NCBI GenBank assembly: GCA_963422365.1
Contig: OY729426.1
Span: forward strand, 1,920,001 to 1,984,000
Source: Nitrospirales bacterium
GTDB taxonomy: Bacteria > Nitrospirota > Nitrospiria > Nitrospirales > UBA8639
Direction of reading: 5' to 3'
Length of the DNA stretch: 64,000 bases
Position 1 is the first letter of the stretch. Every line of letters begins with the position of its first letter. The position numbers and the translations under genes were made by a program. The notes beneath the pieces were generated by a model. The model was not told where the DNA came from. It saw nothing but the letters and a program-made list of their open reading frames with translations, and made no database searches. Positions 1 through 11,201 of the stretch are shown piece by piece.

Positions 1-1277
1 TGGTCGTCTTGACCGTACTGGGGTTTTTAGTGTTTGCTGCAATCGCGTTCGCAGATGAATCCGGTGAAAATGCAGCGATCAGTGCCGGTGACACAGGATG
101 GCTTCTGACCTCCTCTGCGTTGGTTCTCGCCATGACCATTCCAGGACTAGCCCTGTTTTACGGCGGGATGGTGCGCAACAAAAACGTGCTGAGCACCATG
201 ATGTACAGTTTTATTTCCGTGTGCGTGGTCAGCGTGGTCTGGGTGTTGTGGGGCTATACCCTTGCCTTCGGCACGGACGTGGGGGGTGTCATCGGCAATT
301 TTGAGTTTTTGTGGTCAAACGGCGTTGGGCCGGAAGCTTTTCCCGGAACTGCAGTCCCGCATCTCGCCTTCATGGTCTTTCAGCTCATGTTTGCAGGGAT
401 TACCGTAGCGCTGATCAGCGGGGCCATTGCGGAACGCATGAAATTCCGGGCCTTCGTGCTGTTTGCAATGCTATGGGCCACTCTGATTTATTCACCGCTT
501 GCCCATTGGGTCTGGGGTGGTGGATGGCTAGGTGAATTAGGCGCCTTGGATTTTGCCGGCGGCACGGTCGTACACATTAGTTCGGGGGTCGCGGCCCTGG
601 CCGCAGCGCTTGTGATCGGCAAGCGGCATGGCTATGGGTCAGACAATATGGCTCCTCATAATTTGCCCCTTACAGTTGTTGGGGCCTCCCTATTATGGGT
701 TGGGTGGTTTGGGTTTAACGCAGGGAGTGCCTTGGCAGCCGATGGTATTGCTGCAGGGGCCTTTGTGGCCACGCACGTGGCCACCTCTGCCGGCGTGTTG
801 GCGTGGCTGGCCGTGGAATGGATGTATCGAGGGAAACCAACGGTCTTGGGTGGAGCAAGCGGTGCCATTGCCGGTTTGGTGGCGATCACTCCCGCGGCAG
901 GTTTTGTCGGCCCGATTTCCGCGATTTGGATTGGGCTTGGCGCTGGGGTCTTCTGTTATTTAGCGGTAGTATGGAAATCCAAGTTCGGCTATGATGATGC
1001 TCTCGATGTGCTCGCGATTCATGGCATTGGAGGAACCTGGGGTGCCATAGCCACAGGACTCTTTGCCAGCGTGGGCGGGGGGACCGGCTTGTTTTTCGGA
1101 AATCCGGGGCAAGTCCTGATTCAGGTTATCGGCGTTGGAGCCACTTTGGTGTTTTCGTTTGTCGGCACGTTTATTATTCTGAAAGTGTTGGACATGTTGA
1201 TGGGCCTTCGAGTGAGCAAAGAGGACGAGATTATCGGGCTAGATCTTAGTGAACATAGTGAACAGGCATATGCCTAA
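1..1277 (+). CDS. amtB: Ammonium transporter (Amt family), copy 1; probably 5'-truncated by the window edge
   Basis: Motifs GLALFYGG, AHWVWGGG, DFAGGTVVH, WFGFNAGS, DDALDVLAIHG (twin His) and C-terminal GLDLSEHSEQAY. The frame is open to the window start. Confidence 0.95.
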   Translation, partial: VVLTVLGFLVFAAIAFADESGENAAISAGDTGWLLTSSALVLAMTIPGLALFYGGMVRNKNVLSTMMYSFISVCVVSVVWVLWGYTLAFGTDVGGVIGNFEFLWSNGVGPEAFPGTAVPHLAFMVFQLMFAGITVALISGAIAERMKFRAFVLFAMLWATLIYSPLAHWVWGGGWLGELGALDFAGGTVVHISSGVAALAAALVIGKRHGYGSDNMAPHNLPLTVVGASLLWVGWFGFNAGSALAADGIAAGAFVATHVATSAGVLAWLAVEWMYRGKPTVLGGASGAIAGLVAITPAAGFVGPISAIWIGLGAGVFCYLAVVWKSKFGYDDALDVLAIHGIGGTWGAIATGLFASVGGGTGLFFGNPGQVLIQVIGVGATLVFSFVGTFIILKVLDMLMGLRVSKEDEIIGLDLSEHSEQAYA

Positions 1278-1319
1278 ATCGCGAGTTCTGGTTTCCGTTG
1301 ATGGGAGAAAAAATCATGA

Positions 1320-1730
<411 letters not shown>

Positions 1731-1807
1731 GAGTCTTTTCCAGACTGTTTGCTTTGTCTCACTGACTGGAGACGCAACTGAAGATAACCTGAACCCAAGG
1801 TGGAACC

Positions 1808-3106
1808 GTGAAACACTCGACCTTCTCATTCATGTGGCTATTGGTTGTGGTTCTGAGCTTATGTTGTGGGCTGGCAAACGGATGGGCCCAGGAAGGGACC
1901 TCCGGGGGCATCGATACGGGTGATACGGCATGGATTCTGGTATCGTCTGCATTCGTGTTGTGTATGACGTTTCCTGGATTGGCGCTCTTTTATGGCGGGC
2001 TGGTCCGGAGTAAAAACGTACTTGGGACGCTTATGCATACCGGCGTTATCCTGTGCGGAATCAGTATCGTATGGGTCCTGCTTGGCTACTCATTGGCATT
2101 CGGCACTGACATCGGCGGAATGATCGGCAGTCTCGAATTTCTTGGCTTGCTGGGCGTGGGACAAGACGCCTATCCCGGCACCGGCATTCCTCATTTAGCC
2201 TTTATGATGTTTCAACTCATGTTTGCCGCCATCACTGTGGCTTTGATTACCGGAAGCTTTGCTGAGCGGATGAAATTCACGGCCTTGCTGCTTTTTGCCG
2301 TACTCTGGTCAGTCCTGATTTATTCGCCCCTTGCCCATTGGGTGTGGGGAGGAGGTTGGCTGGCAGAGATGGGCGCGCTGGACTTTGCAGGAGGCGCCGT
2401 TGTGCACATCAGTTCCGGGTTTGCAGCTCTTGTCTGTGCCCTGGTATTAGGAAAGCGCAAAGGCCATGGGATTGAGCCTATGCCTCCTCACAATCTCCCC
2501 ATGACAGTCTTAGGCACAGGGCTATTATGGTTTGGGTGGTTTGGATTTAACGCAGGCAGTGCCTTAGGTGCCAATGGGGGAGCGGCTTCAGCCTTTGTGG
2601 CCACGCATATTGCGGCTTGTGCCGGTGGGGTTAGTTGGGTGGCGGTAGAATGGATCCGAAGCGGTAAGCCGACCGTGCTTGGATTGGCGAGCGGCATTAT
2701 CGCAGGCTTGGCCACCATTACTCCAGCAGCCGGATTTGTAAGGCCCTTGTCAGCTTTAATTATTGGAGTGTTGGCGGGTGTGCTCTGTTATGCAGCCGTT
2801 GTCTGGAAAACAAGACTCGGGTACGATGACTCGCTCGATGTGGTCGGCATTCACGGAGTGGGAGGGTTCATCGGAATCCTGGCAACCGGGTTATTGGCTT
2901 CGGTAGGAGCACAGGGGTTATTTTTCGGGAACCCCTGGCAATTTGTGATCCAGCTAGTGCTGGCCTTTGCCACTATGGTTTTTGCCCTGGTGGGAACCTA
3001 CATTATTTTAAAAGTCGTCGATCTCACTGTGGGTCTTCGCGTTTCATCGGACGATGAAGAAGTCGGGCTGGATTTAAGCCAACATAATGAGCGTGCCTAT
3101 TCCTAA
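1808..3106 (+). CDS. amtB: Ammonium transporter (Amt family), copy 2
   Basis: Signal peptide, GLALFYGG, DFAGGAVVH, WFGFNAGS, DDSLDVVGIHG, GLDLSQHNERAY. Confidence 0.95.
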   Translation: MKHSTFSFMWLLVVVLSLCCGLANGWAQEGTSGGIDTGDTAWILVSSAFVLCMTFPGLALFYGGLVRSKNVLGTLMHTGVILCGISIVWVLLGYSLAFGTDIGGMIGSLEFLGLLGVGQDAYPGTGIPHLAFMMFQLMFAAITVALITGSFAERMKFTALLLFAVLWSVLIYSPLAHWVWGGGWLAEMGALDFAGGAVVHISSGFAALVCALVLGKRKGHGIEPMPPHNLPMTVLGTGLLWFGWFGFNAGSALGANGGAASAFVATHIAACAGGVSWVAVEWIRSGKPTVLGLASGIIAGLATITPAAGFVRPLSALIIGVLAGVLCYAAVVWKTRLGYDDSLDVVGIHGVGGFIGILATGLLASVGAQGLFFGNPWQFVIQLVLAFATMVFALVGTYIILKVVDLTVGLRVSSDDEEVGLDLSQHNERAYS

Positions 3107-3167
3107 GAAAGTGTTCGTATTAAAGTTGTGAGATTGGATAATTATTTTGTGAAAAAGGAGGTATGGA

Positions 3168-4577
3168 ATGACTCCGCGTGAGGTATTGGATTTTGCGAAA
3201 AAAAACAAGGTGGAAATGGTTGATTTGAAATTTGTGGACTTGGTCGGGACGTGGCATCATTTTTCTATCCCCACCTCGGAACTGACTCTTGATTTGTTTA
3301 AAGATGGATCAGGATTTGACGGGTCGTCTATCCGTGGGTGGAAAGCGATTCAGAATAGCGACATGCTGGTGTTTCCTGATCCGAACACTGCGAGGGTGGA
3401 TCCGTTTACCGAACTTCCCACTCTCAGCATGGTGTGTAACGTGCAAGATCCAATCACGCATGCAGTCTATGAGCGGGACCCACGAGGCGTGGCTCAACGA
3501 GCGGAGCAATATCTCAAGAGCACCAAAATCGGCGATGTCTCCTATTGGGGACCTGAAGCCGAATTCTTTGTTTTTGATCATGCCAGTTATGATCAAAACA
3601 GTCACTCAGGATATTATTTCATCGACTCCGAGGAGGGTATTTGGAATTCGGGAGAAGACGTCCACAATTTAGGCTCACGGCCTCGGCATAAGGAAGGCTA
3701 TTTCCCCGTCGCCCCAACGGACACGCAACAAGATATCCGCTCCGAAATGGTCAGGGAAATGGAAAAAGTCGGAATTCACGTTGAAAAACACCATCACGAA
3801 GTGGCCACGGCAGGACAAGCTGAAATTGATCTTCGCTTTGATACGTTAGTGAGTATGGCCGACAAAATGATGATGTATAAGTACATTGTCAAAAACGTGG
3901 CCCGGCGTCATAACAAAACCGCGACGTTTATGCCGAAACCGTTATTCCAGGATAATGGAACAGGCATGCATACCCATCAAAGTATTTGGAAAGACGGGAA
4001 ACCGACCTTTGCCGGCAAAGAATATGCGGGTGTTTCGAAAACGTGTTTGTATTACATCGGCGGCGTCCTGAAACATGCTCCGGCCTTAGCGGCGTTTACG
4101 AATCCGACGACCAATTCCTATAAACGGTTGACGCCTGGATTCGAAGCTCCGGTGTTGTTGGCGTATTCCAGCCAGAACAGGTCGGCCGGCATTCGGATTC
4201 CGATGTATTCTTCCAATCCGAAAACTAAACGAATCGAGGTGAGATTTCCCGATCCCTCAGCCAATTTCTATTTGGCGTTTAGTGCGATGCTGATGGCGGG
4301 ACTCGACGGCATTCAAAATAAAATTGACCCGGGCGAAGCCATGGACAAAAATCTCTACGATTTGGAACCGGAAGAAGCGACCAATATTTCAACGGTTCCC
4401 GCAAGTTTGGAAGATGCCATCAACAATTTGGAAAACGACTATCAATTCCTGCTAAAAGGGGGAGTCTTCAGCGAAGATCTAGTGGAAGCCTGGATCGGCT
4501 ACAAGAGGGACAATGAAGTGGATCAGGTCAGAATTCGACCCCATCCGCATGAATTCTTTTTGTACTACGATATTTAA
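3168..4577 (+). CDS. glnA: Glutamine synthetase type I
   Basis: [39 protein letters not shown], adenylylation-site Tyr in NLYDL. AGGAGG RBS. Confidence 0.98.
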   Translation: MTPREVLDFAKKNKVEMVDLKFVDLVGTWHHFSIPTSELTLDLFKDGSGFDGSSIRGWKAIQNSDMLVFPDPNTARVDPFTELPTLSMVCNVQDPITHAVYERDPRGVAQRAEQYLKSTKIGDVSYWGPEAEFFVFDHASYDQNSHSGYYFIDSEEGIWNSGEDVHNLGSRPRHKEGYFPVAPTDTQQDIRSEMVREMEKVGIHVEKHHHEVATAGQAEIDLRFDTLVSMADKMMMYKYIVKNVARRHNKTATFMPKPLFQDNGTGMHTHQSIWKDGKPTFAGKEYAGVSKTCLYYIGGVLKHAPALAAFTNPTTNSYKRLTPGFEAPVLLAYSSQNRSAGIRIPMYSSNPKTKRIEVRFPDPSANFYLAFSAMLMAGLDGIQNKIDPGEAMDKNLYDLEPEEATNISTVPASLEDAINNLENDYQFLLKGGVFSEDLVEAWIGYKRDNEVDQVRIRPHPHEFFLYYDI

Positions 4578-4633
4578 TGTGGCAGGACTTGAGGCCTGGA
4601 GACCTCGTACAATGAAAAAGGCGTGTATCTGAT

Positions 4634-7015
4634 TCAATCGCAACGCGCCTTTTTTCTCCCTCCACGAAACGGGCTCCGTTGTTTCGCGTTCTCTTCGGCT
4701 CTTGTTTGATTATTCTCTACTGCAGGTTTCTCTTCCTGGATTGCTTGTGGGGAAAAAAACTTGGCAAAGAATGTGCGTGACCGGTTCATGCGTTTTTGTA
4801 ACTCGCGTTCAAACGCTCGCGCCCCTTCTTGCCAGACGTCGGTCATATACCCCAATCTTCTTGCGAGGTACGTCATGTTGTCCGACCCTGGTTGCGGCAA
4901 CACTAAGTCCTTGGCATTTCCCCGAACGATACGCAATCCATCGATAACCTTTCGCATAAACAGATAATCTTCCATCAAGATCGTTGCATCGTGACGTGAG
5001 AGAAGTTTTGTCGCTTGAAGGGCTTCAAGCGCTTGCAGAGTGTTGGTTGTATGGAGTGAGGCCTCCCGGTGTCCATGCTGTAATTGGAAGTATTGCACGG
5101 TGTATTCAATATCGATAAGCCCACCCGGGCTGTATTTCACGTGAATGGTTCCCGGAGGAACCAACTCTTGTATCTGCCGGCGGCGCAGGTGTAACGCGGT
5201 GTCTAACGGCCAGGGGGCTTGACCATACACGAATTCATCTCTGTAGCGTTCTATTTGTCGACCAAGGGCAGCATTTCCTGCGACGTGTCGCAGCTTAATC
5301 CAGGCTTGCCGCTCAAAAGGCGCAGCCGCTCCTTCTGTCCGGTAATAGCGTTTAATTTCTTCAAATGAATGAGCCAGCAGGCCTTTTTCTCCGTGAGGTC
5401 GAAGTCGGATATCAAGTTGAAAAATTCCTTCCTGTTTAGCTTCGATCCAACGAAGGAATTCTTGGACGAGTCGCTCAAAGTATTCACCGACGACGGGGTT
5501 GGGAGTATCAGAAATCTTCGAGAACGTCCCGTAGACAAAGATCACCTCAATGTCGGAAGCATAGCCTAGCTCACGCCCTCCCAACTTGCCCAACCCACAA
5601 ATGCTGAACGGCAAAGGGTCCCTCTTCAGCGTGGATGGCAGTATGCGTAACAGATCGACCACCGCCTGAGCCTCACTGAGGGCTTGTGCTAAGATCACTT
5701 CGGCCAAGGTCGTGAGAGATTTGGAGAATGCGGGGAGCGGTATCTTTTTGAGAATATGGTGCATGTCGATACGAAACAACTCCTGATCTTTAAACTGATT
5801 CAATATCGCTTTTCTGATTTCAGCTTTTTTGCTCTTTCTGAGTCTGGACTCTAACGCTTTGGCCAGAGAGGTTTTTGATAAACGGACATGGGGTTGATGA
5901 AACTTTTCAACAATAGGCAAGAGGTTGACGTGTTGCCGGCGAAGGAAGTCTTCCCATAAGAAATCGCTCGTGCCAAATAACCGAGCAAGATTAGCCAACG
6001 AATCCTTTCTGGTGAGCCATTTGATTTGTTTCTTGCTGAGGCGATTTTCCAGGAGCTGATCGAGGAAGTCACTAAAATGATTCAAAGCCTTGCAGGGGTC
6101 AGGAGCCCAGGTGAGGTAATGGGTAAATTCCTTGATGAGGGCTATGGCCACGGTCAGCTCTTGTTGTTCTTGTGCCGAGACGATTTTCTTTCCATACCGA
6201 TCTCTGACAAAAAATCGGTTATAGACGCTCCTCCCGTCTCCTTCGATCGTAGCTTTTGATAACGAGAGCCCTCTCATGGTCAACGCATTCATAAAGGCAT
6301 ACAAAAAAGCCGGAGAATCCGTGGCTCTGATATTGACAACCGTTTCACGTGGAGACAGTGTATTGTTAAAGAAAATTTCAACCGGCTGGACAAGATCGGA
6401 GGTAGACGTTTTTCTTTGTCCAAGAGTTTCGACTAATTTTCGGTTCACCCAACTCCGAACCTCCTGGATTTTCTGTAACTCGAGTAATTGAATCATGTTC
6501 GTCAATTCCCGACTCAGCTCTTTTTGAATGTTGGCATTGAAGAGAGCACCCGGCAGAACGTGAACCCGAAAGATGTCCACGACTTTTTTTCTTGATAACC
6601 CTGACCGCTGAATGTGCCGGCGGATCGGCCATTTGGGTACTCGCATGCGACGTAAGGATTTCGGCAGGAGGGGAGGGGGAGGAGCGGGATGGTCTTGATA
6701 CGTAAAAATAGAGGCTTCACGTATATCGAGGCCATAGGCAGACAGCAACCCGCAAATTGTGGCAAATTCTGCAAAATAGTCGTAGGCAACAATGGTGAGC
6801 CGATACTGGCTTGTATCGTTTGCAGGTTGCACGTGGAGCGTACAGGGGGATTCCAAGGTCAGGGTATTGGCCAAGGCCAGGTGTCGAGCAACAGTTTGTG
6901 GTCGAAATTGTGAGAAATAATCTGGATCCATGCGATCCAGAAAATCTTTGATAACCGTGGGATTGACTTGAGGAGAGAGTTCTTGTAATTCCGTCAGCTC
7001 AAGCGTCTTTTTCAT
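4634..7015 (-). CDS. glnE: GlnE-like GS adenylyltransferase half with N-terminal GlnD-like tandem ACT domains
   Basis: ACT-like segments (LTIVAYDYFAEFATICGLLSAYGLDIREASIFT; VVNIRATDSPAFLYAFMNALTMRGLSL), then a single GlnE nucleotidyltransferase domain (GLGKLGGRELGYASDIE, DIRLRPHG, KYSPGGLIDIEY). Confidence 0.8.
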   Translation of the reverse strand: MKKTLELTELQELSPQVNPTVIKDFLDRMDPDYFSQFRPQTVARHLALANTLTLESPCTLHVQPANDTSQYRLTIVAYDYFAEFATICGLLSAYGLDIREASIFTYQDHPAPPPPLLPKSLRRMRVPKWPIRRHIQRSGLSRKKVVDIFRVHVLPGALFNANIQKELSRELTNMIQLLELQKIQEVRSWVNRKLVETLGQRKTSTSDLVQPVEIFFNNTLSPRETVVNIRATDSPAFLYAFMNALTMRGLSLSKATIEGDGRSVYNRFFVRDRYGKKIVSAQEQQELTVAIALIKEFTHYLTWAPDPCKALNHFSDFLDQLLENRLSKKQIKWLTRKDSLANLARLFGTSDFLWEDFLRRQHVNLLPIVEKFHQPHVRLSKTSLAKALESRLRKSKKAEIRKAILNQFKDQELFRIDMHHILKKIPLPAFSKSLTTLAEVILAQALSEAQAVVDLLRILPSTLKRDPLPFSICGLGKLGGRELGYASDIEVIFVYGTFSKISDTPNPVVGEYFERLVQEFLRWIEAKQEGIFQLDIRLRPHGEKGLLAHSFEEIKRYYRTEGAAAPFERQAWIKLRHVAGNAALGRQIERYRDEFVYGQAPWPLDTALHLRRRQIQELVPPGTIHVKYSPGGLIDIEYTVQYFQLQHGHREASLHTTNTLQALEALQATKLLSRHDATILMEDYLFMRKVIDGLRIVRGNAKDLVLPQPGSDNMTYLARRLGYMTDVWQEGARAFERELQKRMNRSRTFFAKFFSPQAIQEEKPAVENNQTRAEENAKQRSPFRGGRKKARCD

Positions 7016-7098
7016 GGCAAATCAGTATACCTTCACGTGTTACTATTGTAAGGACAGGCTGCCAGTTTATCATCAAACGTTTCTCAGCGTTATTCCAG

Positions 7099-8736
7099 AT
7101 GCCCATCATGAGCAACCCACAATCGTCCGCAAGCTGCGACCCTCGCCCTCTCCTGCTTTCTCCGGATTTGGCGCCTGCGGAAGTCGCACGGTTGTTGGCT
7201 CCGTATAGATTCCATAATTGGAAGCAAGCCGACGCCAACCTGCAACTCATGGCCGGTGATCCTCGAAGCCGAAAACTGCTTGCTGACATTCTCCCTGATC
7301 TCTTGTACGCCGTCTCGGTAACGGCCGATCCGGATCAAGCTTTACGTGAATGGGAACGATACCTTGATGCCGGCAATGGAAGAGCCCAGGTCTTTAGCTT
7401 TTTGGCACAAGTGCCACACGTCTTGCAATTGGTCTGCGTCCTCTTTGGAAACAGTCCTGCCATGGCGGAAACGCTTATTCGAGACCCTATGCTGATTTAT
7501 TGGGTCGAGGATGAGCATATCCTGAAATCCCACCCCACTCCCAAACCACTCCGGACGGCGTTGCACCAAACCCTTGATCTTGTGCAAGCCTATGAACAGA
7601 AGCTTGACGTTCTTCGGCGCTTTCATCGGCGCGAAATGCTACGCATTGGCGCGCGGGATCTCTTTCGCGTTTCGTCCGTCAAGGAAACCGTTCACTCTCT
7701 GTCGCAACTCGCGGAAATTGTCATCCATGCCGCGTATCAGCTTGTCAACGAAACACTACAAAAAAAATACGGCATTCCCTCTCATCAAGGTCCCAAAGGC
7801 ACAACAAGTGAAACAGGGTTTGTGGTGTTGGGAATGGGAAAGTTAGGTGGCCGTGAACTCAATTACAGCTCCGATGTCGATCTCGTCTATTTATATGCGT
7901 CAAGCAACGGTCACACAAAAACCGTTAAAGGGCAGGCAGGTCTCGGCAATGAGGCTTTTTTCCAAATGCTCGCGAGAGAACTGACTCACGTCTTGTCGGC
8001 TTCTACTTCGGAAGGGTGTTTATTTCGAGTGGATTTGCGATTGAGACCTGAGGGGGCAGGTGGACCATTAGCATGGTCGAGCCGTGAAGCCATCAAATAC
8101 TATCAAACACGGGGAAGAAGTTGGGAGCGACTGGCCTTGTTCAAAGCTCGCGCCATAGCAGGGCAACGGTCTGTTGGCCAGGCCTTTCTCAGGAGGATTC
8201 GGCCGTTTGTCGTAGGGCGAGAAGAACGGGAACCCCACAACATTCTAGACACGGTTCGTGCGCTCAGGACACAGATTCACCAAAAAGTGGAACAAAAAGG
8301 GGAGCATGAACGCAACGTCAAACTCAGTCCCGGAGGAATTCGGGACATTGAATTCATTGTCCAGACTCTTCAATTACTGCATGTTCCAACGTATCCACAA
8401 TTGTTCGAGCCCAATACGATCACAAGCCTTCAATGTCTTTGTGACCTCAACCTCTTGCGAGCCTCGGATGGCAAAGCCTTGGAGGAAGCCTATCTGTTTT
8501 TGCGCGACGTCGAGCATAAACTCCAAATGGTTCATGAACTGCAAACCCATACCTTACCGATTCACCCTTCTGAATTGACCAAATGTGCCATCCGCATGGG
8601 TTATGCAGAACAACGTACCTCTTCTGCGGCTACAAGATTGCTTACCCGTTACCGATTCGTCCTGAATCAGGTTCAACGCCTCTATCAACAAATGTTGCCT
8701 TCACGATCGCATGCCACAGGTGATGGATCTCTATAA
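7099..8736 (+). CDS. glnE: Single-domain GlnE-like protein (adenylyl-removase-type half)
   Basis: GMGKLGGRELNYSSDVDL, RVDLRLRPEG, WERLALFKAR, VKLSPGGIRDIEF, LRDVEHKLQM, QTHTLP. Only one nucleotidyltransferase domain. Confidence 0.85.
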   Translation: MPIMSNPQSSASCDPRPLLLSPDLAPAEVARLLAPYRFHNWKQADANLQLMAGDPRSRKLLADILPDLLYAVSVTADPDQALREWERYLDAGNGRAQVFSFLAQVPHVLQLVCVLFGNSPAMAETLIRDPMLIYWVEDEHILKSHPTPKPLRTALHQTLDLVQAYEQKLDVLRRFHRREMLRIGARDLFRVSSVKETVHSLSQLAEIVIHAAYQLVNETLQKKYGIPSHQGPKGTTSETGFVVLGMGKLGGRELNYSSDVDLVYLYASSNGHTKTVKGQAGLGNEAFFQMLARELTHVLSASTSEGCLFRVDLRLRPEGAGGPLAWSSREAIKYYQTRGRSWERLALFKARAIAGQRSVGQAFLRRIRPFVVGREEREPHNILDTVRALRTQIHQKVEQKGEHERNVKLSPGGIRDIEFIVQTLQLLHVPTYPQLFEPNTITSLQCLCDLNLLRASDGKALEEAYLFLRDVEHKLQMVHELQTHTLPIHPSELTKCAIRMGYAEQRTSSAATRLLTRYRFVLNQVQRLYQQMLPSRSHATGDGSL

Positions 8737-8996
8737 TTCTATTCTTGATAAAGAAGGCCGGTTTGCTGTATTTGAAAGAGACTTTCTAATATTTTTCAGC
8801 GCAATGTTGGTTAGGCTAGTATGTAAAACTCAAAGACTGTAAGTAATTCTGCCCCCTACTTCTCCTCCTAGCTTCTTAAGTACTGCTCGCGGTCCACCCT
8901 TTTGTAAGATGTGCGATGGTGAATGTTCATCTGAAAGATGACGTACACTGTGATCAAATATCGTCACGCGTGATAGCTATTGAGAGCGGTAATTCC

Positions 8997-10251
8997 ATGA
9001 TGCAAAGAAAATTGAAAACGATGTGTTAGCCTGTTACTAGCTGGTTGTGGGTGTGACTGTGGTGGGATCCCTGATGCTCTCGCAAGGGATTTGTTTACCG
9101 TGAATGTGAAGATTGACGACGGCAAGGAACAGATTTTTGGCTTTTCCAAGGCGGACAATGCACTGCGCACCTTTGAAGGCGTCAAACTTAAAGCGTTGTT
9201 TCCACAGTACGTGCCCGAGAAGAGTATGGTAGATGGCAAGATCAATTTCTGTGGCTTGGCTTTAAGCGGTGGCTACGATGAAAATGCAAAAAATCTTACC
9301 TTTGCGGTGCCGTCTTTGGGCATTAGTGAAAAATTTATAGGCAAGACGCGAAAGGAAAGCGTCGACAAGTTAGTAGACTTCCTGAAGAATGGAGAAGAGA
9401 AGGGAAAAGATCTTCTGCGACATATTTAACAGGAACTTTCCCGCACTTCTCCAGTAGACCCAGTCGTCGGCAACCCGAACAGTCTGCAATCCTCATTGGT
9501 GAAGAACGCATTCGATGATGGTATCTCGCGCACAACTCGCACGGTTAAGAAAAATGCCGGCTGGTATTACCGTGTCCGGCGGTACATTCAGGTCTGGTTC
9601 ATACAGGGGAAGTACTCTAACGTTACCATTGAGCTATGCAATCGAATTTAGTGAAGACTCTCGCAAGAAGCAGCTAAAGTTCAGGTTGCCTGTTACCTAC
9701 ATACAGGTCGAGGGGGGAGACGTGTTCAGCGCGCCTCCAGGCGTGGCATTGACGTTGCCCGTATCGGACAGCTGGTCGCTCACGCCGACTGTGTCCTATG
9801 GAGTGACCGGCTCAGTTGATTTAGCCTCCGCGTCTCAAATGCTAGGTGGTACGTTGACCAGTCGGAAGGAGTTTGACGACCTTCGGATCAAAGACACAAA
9901 GGTTACTCTGGCAAACATGATCGGATATCTCACCACGCTGAAGGTCGCGATAGGCGATATTGTCTATGACCCCGGGATTGTCAACATGGTCTACAAGAAT
10001 GGAATCACGGTTGAATCCCCGTTGGGATTTCAGATGTTCGAGTGGCATCCTGTGACACTGGAGGCATCGTATACCCATTCTTACTTTGCAGGAACAGAGT
10101 TGTTTTTGAATCAGTATCATGAGGTGGCGCCGAGTATGGGGTCCGGATCGGATGCGCTTGATTGGCTTCCCTCCGACCTGCAGCGGGGAGTTACCTCTGT
10201 ATTCGGGGAAGATTTTGACTCGTTCACCGCAATTTCGGCTACAGCTTCTGA
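8997..10251 (+). pseudogene. Disrupted outer-membrane beta-barrel-like protein
   Basis: Frameshifted leader after the ATG at 8997; in-frame TAA at 9427-9429 followed by continued coding (QELSRTSPVDPVVGNPNS); a further frameshift; amphipathic beta-strand pattern. An alternate frame ends NFGYSF-TGA at 10251, a typical OMP C-terminal beta-signal. Confidence 0.65.
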
Positions 10252-10340
10252 GCTAAGGCTTGGTCGCGGTTTATTTTAGGCCGTTGGGGGGGGGAACTTT
10301 TCAGGGAAAATGAGGGTTTCCGTGGTTTGGGAGAAGGAAG

Positions 10341-10568
10341 GTGCCTGTGAGTGATCGCAAGTCTGGGACAGACAAATGGTTTAATGATCGAAGAGGGTTC
10401 GGCTTTATTCGAGTTGAAGGAGAACAAGACGTCTTCGTGCATTATTCGGCTCTTCAGGGCAAGAGATTTAAGACGCTGAAGGAAGGTGAGCCCATTGAAT
10501 TCGATCTCGTGGAAGGAAAGAAGGGGCCGCAAGCCGCTAATGTGGTGAAACGGCCCAGCACACAATAA
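10341..10568 (+). CDS. Cold-shock domain protein
   Basis: KWFND, RGFGFI (RNP1), DVFVHYS (RNP2), KGPQAANV. Confidence 0.9.
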   Translation: MPVSDRKSGTDKWFNDRRGFGFIRVEGEQDVFVHYSALQGKRFKTLKEGEPIEFDLVEGKKGPQAANVVKRPSTQ

Positions 10569-11201
10569 TCAGCCAATACCTAGGTTTAGACCAGCATATT
10601 CTTGGCGTTGTTGATAAGCCGAATTAATCACAAAATCTTTTTTTGACCTTATAAGATTTAAGGGTTTGTTGCTTCTCATCTTCCTAAACTGGCAAATATA
10701 TGTTGCTAGTCTAGAGCCAGACAAATTTCTGTGTTGGCGTTGGTTGCTGCCGTGACAGTGTCCGGTTGCAGCGGCGTCTACCGCGGCTTTGAGTCCACAC
10801 CAGGATTTACCTCAAACAGCGATGAACCTCCTTACATAATGAGAAAAATTTCAGATTCAAGTTAGTACCACTTCCTTATTTTTCTTCTTCCAAATTCTCG
10901 CGCCTCACTTTTTTCCATTCGGTCCAGTGTGCCTGAATCCTTTTTCAGGCTTTCTCTTGTAGACAGCCGGATTTAGGTCGATATTGCTGTAGCCACAGCA
11001 TCTATGCGGCCGAATCTCAGCCAACAGGTGTGAGGGTAACGGCTAGAAAAATGAATGCACCTGTTTGCCCACGTGCCATAACATGGCGTCGCTATAATTT
11101 TTCATGGTCTTTTTTTCGAGATTTCTTGATCTTTTCTGGGATGTGGTTATCTGACGGGAGAAGATACGTCATCAAACGTGCGAGCAGAGGAGTCGAAGAC
11201 A

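Noticed and set aside
10690..10706. Sigma-54-like TGGCA...TTGC
   Set aside because: GG-to-GC spacing is 12 nt rather than the required 10.
10866..11201. CIRCE/HrcA operator upstream of clpB
   Set aside because: No TTAGCACTC-N9-GAGTGCTAA match found.
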